Positions 58,443 through 64,000 of a stretch of DNA of 64,000 bases are shown in pieces. Under the pieces are notes generated by a model, which saw only the letters and a program-made list of their open reading frames with translations, searched no databases and had not been told where the DNA came from. Source of the stretch: Eledone cirrhosa. Its lineage: Eukaryota. The DNA lies in the NCBI GenBank assembly GCA_964016885.1, contig OZ024740.1, positions 41,354,001 through 41,418,000 of the forward strand, read 5' to 3'. The translations under genes were made by a program, and so were the position numbers. The first letter of the stretch is position 1; every line of letters begins with the position of its first letter.

Positions 58443-59560
58443 TAGTGGTAGAACACTGGAAGGTAATATCCGTAGTGGTAGAGCAGAGCACTCAGTCCAT
58501 AGGACGAGTTAGGTAGAAGTGGTTACACAACAGTTTGTTCACCATACCGAGAACAATTGTTTCACCTTAGCGGATCCTCAGCTCGACGGATTTCCCATTG
58601 CGTATGGCTTGGACTTAGTGATGGCTTTCCATTGAATGGAGTAGTCTATACTTGAGTCCTTGAAGGACCATACGTGGCTCGCGAGTTTCGTGGATGAACG
58701 TCTGTCCGAGTACCTAAAGGTGGACAGATGGTTCAGGAAACGTTCCTTAAATCGGCCCTCCGTCATGCCCACATAGGAGTTGACCTCATGTGGTTGGTTT
58801 GGTCGGTTGGAAGTGACCATAGCTTGATAAATTACAGCTGGTGTGTTGCATTGCTGTTGAAGGGGGAAAGCTTCGGGCTTATGGCAAGAGCACCCTGATG
58901 GGGTGTTGCTCCTAGGGCTGCTGGTGATGTGGGCCTTCATGTTCTTAGCGCAGGAGTATCCTAGTTTTACTTTGTGTCGGTTAAAGATGGAGCGAAAATC
59001 TCAAACCTCTCCTCTAATAAGGCTATCTTTGACAGGGCGGCACCCTACTATAACACAGCGTTAGCTAACAGCGGCTTCTCACAACCTATCACATACTCTC
59101 CCCACTATCAACAACAGCAATAAGAAAAGAAAGGGCAACAATAGACAAACTATCTGGTTCTCTCCTCCCTTCTCACTCAACGTTAAAACCAATGTAGGAA
59201 AACAATTTCTAGCCCTCTTAGATAGACACTTTCCCATAGGTCATAAATACCGCTCCATCTTTAACCGACACAAAGTAAAACTAGGATACTAGATTGCATA
59301 ACTACAAGGCTCCGGATTGAATGAATTATTGTAACATCAATTTTTTTCTTATCAACTAAAAACTTTTCGGACTTTCGCAGTTACCTCCCTTACACCTCTC
59401 GCACGCATTTTATATTGCCTGTGTGAAGTGACGGGTTTCTGCGCATGCGCGTTCGTACGGTTGTCCTTCCTGTTCCGTATAACCATGCCCATTACGAGCT
59501 GAGGATCCGCTAAGGTGAAACAATTGTTCTCGGTATGGTGAACTAACTGTTGTGTAACCA

Positions 59561-59563
<3 letters not shown>
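58443..59563. mobile_element. Rearranged Naiad-like PLE family F (antisense tail/pLTR, antisense GIY-YIG, sense thumb region, sense pLTR)
   Basis: Minus VIYQA..SYVGMTEGRFKERFLNH; plus AAPYYN..IWFSPPFSLNVKTNVG..IFNRHKVKL; hammerhead cgag-CTGAGGA..GAAA-CAATTG-TT-ctcg at 59495-59532. Confidence 0.85.
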
Positions 59564-59601
<38 letters not shown>

Positions 59602-59606
<5 letters not shown>

Positions 59607-62600
59607 TTCAAAATATGAACAAAATAGATATTCTTGTGATCAAGTATATTTTATTATACATATTTCAGAGGTACTGAGTTAACTTCAACATTACGTCCTC
59701 ATCAGATAAAATAAGATGATGCATGACATACCCTGACATAGTAGATGGTTAAGATTCAGTCATGGTAGTGAGTAATATATGACAAAACTCAATATTTATA
59801 TACCTTAATATTGAAAACATGAAAAAAACCCACATATAATACATATAATAGGGAGGGTGCGTGTGAGAAAGCTTAAAAGAATACATGGCAGCAATAAAAC
59901 TGTTAAAGATTCAAATAATTTAAATTACTGAAGAAAGAGGAAAGAAAAGAAAGGCATAGAGGAAGAAATAGATGAGGGGATAATATAGCTAGTAGGAGCC
60001 TAGAAAACAAAAGAGAGTTGATTACAGAGAGAGAGAGAGATAAAGAGGAATAACTTTTATAATGAAATAATATAGGGAGATATTAAATTAGAACAACATT
60101 TGGGCTTAGCTTTAGGAAAACGAAAAAATTCAATTCATTGAATTATTGAAATATCTAAAAATATTCATCAATCGGAATTTTAAATATAATTGGGTGTATT
60201 CATATCAAGGTTTATACCAAGTCTTTAGACAATTATCTATATATACAATATATATCCAAACATATCTATTTGACCGTTAAGATTCAAAACATTTAATTTA
60301 AGTTAGTTCAGAGTAATGAATAATATTTTAGGTTATAAAAGTTAATAAGTATCTGTATTAATATTAAAGTATACTATCATATTTAATTCATAAAATCAAA
60401 TTTTATGAAATCAAATTTAAAGGATTTACAAACACGAGAAAGAAAACATAATGTTTTTACAACCTCACGAAGGTAAACTTTACTAAATTTATTATATAAT
60501 ATTAAATTATTTATATTATATTGAAAATAGTTTATATTATATAATTTAGAAAATAATTACAGTTATAATTTTTAAAGAATATTAAGATTAACAATTAGAA
60601 TGCCTAAAGGATCAACAGGCCTTATAATTAAACTTAAAAAAAAAACTTGATCATTAAATTATATATATGCGTTTATCAAAAATATACACAAAGATAAGAT
60701 TGTCCAAAGACTTAAGATGATACCTCTCAATTAAACATAATCCAATACAATACAATAAATAAATAAGTTACTGAAAATATTGTTAAAATTAATGTTTTAG
60801 ATCAATTATTGTAATAGGATCATTTAATAGATATATACTATAAATATACAAGTCAAAACTTCATGAGTCCTAAGGATAAGGACTAGATTCAAAATAAAAA
60901 GTGAAAAAAGTAAAACTAATGAATTGTTTACGATCATAAAAGTGCCGAATATAAAAAAATATAGTTTAAAATGCAAGAGAGTTTTTATTTATATAGTAGA
61001 CTAACAACCCTTCTAAAGTGTCTACGAAGATGATATATAGAGAGAGTATTATAGGTATTAGTGAAACGATATACATATAATAAATAAATAAATAATTACA
61101 ATCATTATTAGTAATGTTATAATTGTAGTTTTACATCCAGTTCAGTGGAAAGAAAGACTAATATTTGTCGACTAGTATGATTTATGACATTTATACCTAA
61201 ATATATATAAAAAAATATATATGTACAAATCTAACTTTCTGAATCCCAAAACATACTCAAAATGAGTAAAATATATAAATACATGAATGATTTACGGTTC
61301 AATTATAACCGGTAATCTTACAAGTTATATATCCAGATTATATATTTAAAACAAAAACAAATATATAAGGATCCCAATCTAAATTATATATATCTAAAAT
61401 AATCCAAAGGTGTGCATATTCATCAAGAGAACAAGTTAACAAATAATATATTTATATACCTAAACAGGACCCTTCAGTCTAACATTAATTCTATCATAAA
61501 TGAATAGAAAATAAAATGTTTAAAGTTTTATAATCTGTTATAACATTTTAGGTACACAGTTGATAAGAGACGTCAAAAATTAAAACTTGTTTATTTAGTG
61601 CTTTTTCCTGACCTTTTGCGAGGCTTTGAATGTAGACAAAGCTTTATGAAGGCAGTTTGAGAATAATTCACTTTTTTTGTTAATTAAGTTTTCATAATTA
61701 GTAATTATTAATAGGGTCTCCATAGTACAGAGGTTGCAGTTAGGTGATATAGACGAATTCGAGTAGATTCTACTATTACATAGCTTCGTCCAAAAAAATC
61801 GAGTATTTAAAATTTTGTCTTTTAATGACCATATAAGTTGTGATAAAGAAGTCGAAGACTTCCTATTAGGATTCGGAAAAGAGCATTTGTGATTCCCAAA
61901 TCTCGATTTAAATGTCGAAGAAGTTGCCCCTATGTAGTTGTACGTGATGTTATTTGCTTTTACGGTGCATTTATACACCAGAGGGCAATCTGGTTTATTT
62001 CTACAATTACATTTCAATTTATTATTATTATAATTTATATTAACACTATTATTACTTCGAAATGTTCTATTGATAGTGCTTATATTGCTGTTAATGTTAT
62101 TCATAGTATTAATATTGTTAGTGTTATTATATTCATTATTGTTATAAGTATGCGGATTCTGGTTTAGAATTCTACTATTTAATTTAGCGATGTTTTGGGC
62201 CATATTTATAGTTGCAGAATAAGAAAGCTTAATTGTGTGTCTATTAAATATGAAACGGTATTTATGTTGAATAGGGAAGGAATTATCTAAAGCTTTAAAG
62301 AATAGATTAGCGAGTGGTGTTTTTATTGCTACAGGAACAGGGCGGGGGGGGGGGGACAAACCATATAACTGATTTAGTTCTGTTTTTTTTCCCTCCCCCG
62401 ATTTATTCACAGTATAGGTGTTTCAATTATAATTTTTAGAATTTCGTTTATACATGTCAGTCATATTATTATTTTTATCAGAATTAAGATTCAAATTATT
62501 ATTGCCTATATATTCTATATTATTTTTATAGCCTGCCTTTCTTAGCGCATCATTGCTTTTTCATCAAATATGGATTTATTAGCAGATATTCTAGTAATGC

Positions 62601-63345
62601 ATTTCTGTACACTATTGACAATTGCATTTTTCACAGATTTAGGATGATTAGAGTAATAACTAACGTAATTTAAGTTTTCATTGGGCTTATGGAAAGGGTA
62701 ATAAAAACCAGAGTTTAAGTTAAGGGTAACATCAAGGAAATTAACTATTTTAGTACCACTTTCAACCTCTAATTTAAGGTCGTAATTTTTAAAGATCTCA
62801 ATTATATTTTTCTTAACCCTATTTAGTTCTGTATTGTTGTGTTTGACAACCGTAAATAAAATATCGTCCCTCTATAAACCACCGGTAATCTCCGGCAGTT
62901 TTCTATTTACCATATTTAAGATGAAAATCCCCAGAAGATCCGTGACTTGAGCTGAGTCCGATGATCCCATGGTAATGTCAAAGTTTCTATTTCTATCCGA
63001 GCGGGTCCAATACTCATTGTTGAAATTAATTAGAGTTCTTCTAGCAGTTAATATGATATCGATTTCATCCGTAGTTAGATCTGTATGCTTGTAAGCGTAG
63101 GATAAAGCCTCATTTAATAGGTTAGGTGTAATGGAAGAGTAATAGCTTGCTATGTCCATTTGGATGAATTTGTGGTTTTTCTTATCATCTATATTTTTAA
63201 ACCAATCAATCACTTCATTGGTGTCCTTCCACAAGCTCAATTTAGACCTCAATTTCAGAATAGGTAGAATTCTATCAATAATATGGAAAACCATACTGTT
63301 GAGTGCTTCCAATCTATTGTAAAACTCATTTTTTGATTTATTCAT
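59602..63345 (-). mobile_element. 5'-truncated Naiad-like PLE with ~2-kb AT-rich 3'UTR
   Basis: RT DIASYY, FDITMGSSDSAQ, GL*RDD (TAG replaces Y of YRDD at 62872-62874), FLDVTL, SNHP; CNCR linker, YIGATSSTFKSRF, CNLC. Confidence 0.88.
59647..59713 (-). ncRNA. Type-I hammerhead ribozyme at the 3' end of the PLE
   Basis: tattttat-CTGATGA-GG...CT-GAAA-TATGTA-TA-ataaaata; 8-bp stem I. Confidence 0.75.
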
Positions 63346-63377
63346 TGAACCTTGTTTAACCTTTAAATATATATATA

Positions 63378-63516
63378 TACAATATATAAATAAATGGAAA
63401 CTATATTTATAAAACCATAATATATTGTGTATTTACTCCACTAATTTGTTGAGTGCTTTATATCAGTTATAAACATTTTTAAGCTTGTTGAATCCCCACA
63501 AATTAAATATAACCTC

Positions 63517-63520
<4 letters not shown>
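63378..63520. mobile_element. Miniature family D-related fold-back insert (~40-nt sense arm, ~8-nt inverted arm, full tail)
   Basis: aaataaatggaaactatatttataaaa matches the family D end; tail hairpin at 63435-63457. Confidence 0.7.
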
Positions 63521-63549
<29 letters not shown>

Positions 63550-63550
<1 letters not shown>

Positions 63551-63908
63551 AATAAGGGCGCTGCGGAGTTGCAAATGGGTTACATATGAAAAAAGTTTGT
63601 CCTTCATCAGTGATCTTCCAACCATAATAGGCATTTCATCGCTTTAAAGACCATATACCTCCGGTTGGTGCGAGCAACGGCTAAAAAAAGTCGTTGGGAC
63701 ACGTAAATAAAGGGGACGCGAGGGTAAACAAACAAAATGGTGAAGCAACAGTAAGTGAGGAAGAAAGAGACAAGTCCCAGATTTCTATGAATTTAAATTC
63801 GGTGAAATCGTGAACGAGAGAATAAAGACCATCAAACCTGGTTGAAATGTGAGCAAGGAAGGAATTTCGCACAGGTCTAACGGGAGGAAGAAGGGGTCTG
63901 GTCTGCGA
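63550..63908 (-). mobile_element. Family C copy with extension
   Basis: Homologous to 24341-24670 and 24945-25003. Confidence 0.75.
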
Positions 63909-63941
<33 letters not shown>

Positions 63942-64000
63942 CATACAGGGTGCGGACGATATTTATTCGCGAGATTACTATCTAGGAAAAAATAACACAG

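Overview
Non-genic, repeat-saturated eukaryotic DNA. The tRNA-derived SINE family, microsatellite load and retroelement mix suggest an octopod cephalopod (inference). No host protein-coding gene is recognisable. Contents: (i) a head-to-tail array of four Tx1-clade LINEs joined mostly by (TATC)n (7095-21438), one nearly intact, plus an older antisense copy; (ii) large Penelope-like element (PLE) remnants: YRDD-type/Naiad-like at 52893-57649, 59602-63345 and 58443-59563, and a YVDD-type at ~26860-29120; (iii) about 15 short PLE-derived pseudo-LTR (pLTR) inserts in (TA)n tracts, most as fold-back palindromes and many carrying minimal hammerhead ribozymes; (iv) R4/Dong, RTE, CRE and APE-LINE fragments, SINEs, Helitron-like elements and satellites. 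Best lead: in most fold-back inserts one arm carries an extra 3' tail. Across about 9 sequence-unrelated families that tail holds the same bulged RNA hairpin, ACUC-[covarying stem-loop]-1-2 nt bulge-GAGU-RC. Where measurable, it starts 3-9 nt beyond the end of the tail-less arm. It is a candidate conserved cis-element positioning internal initiation of reverse transcription. All alignments and folds were done by eye; boundaries of degenerate elements are approximate.
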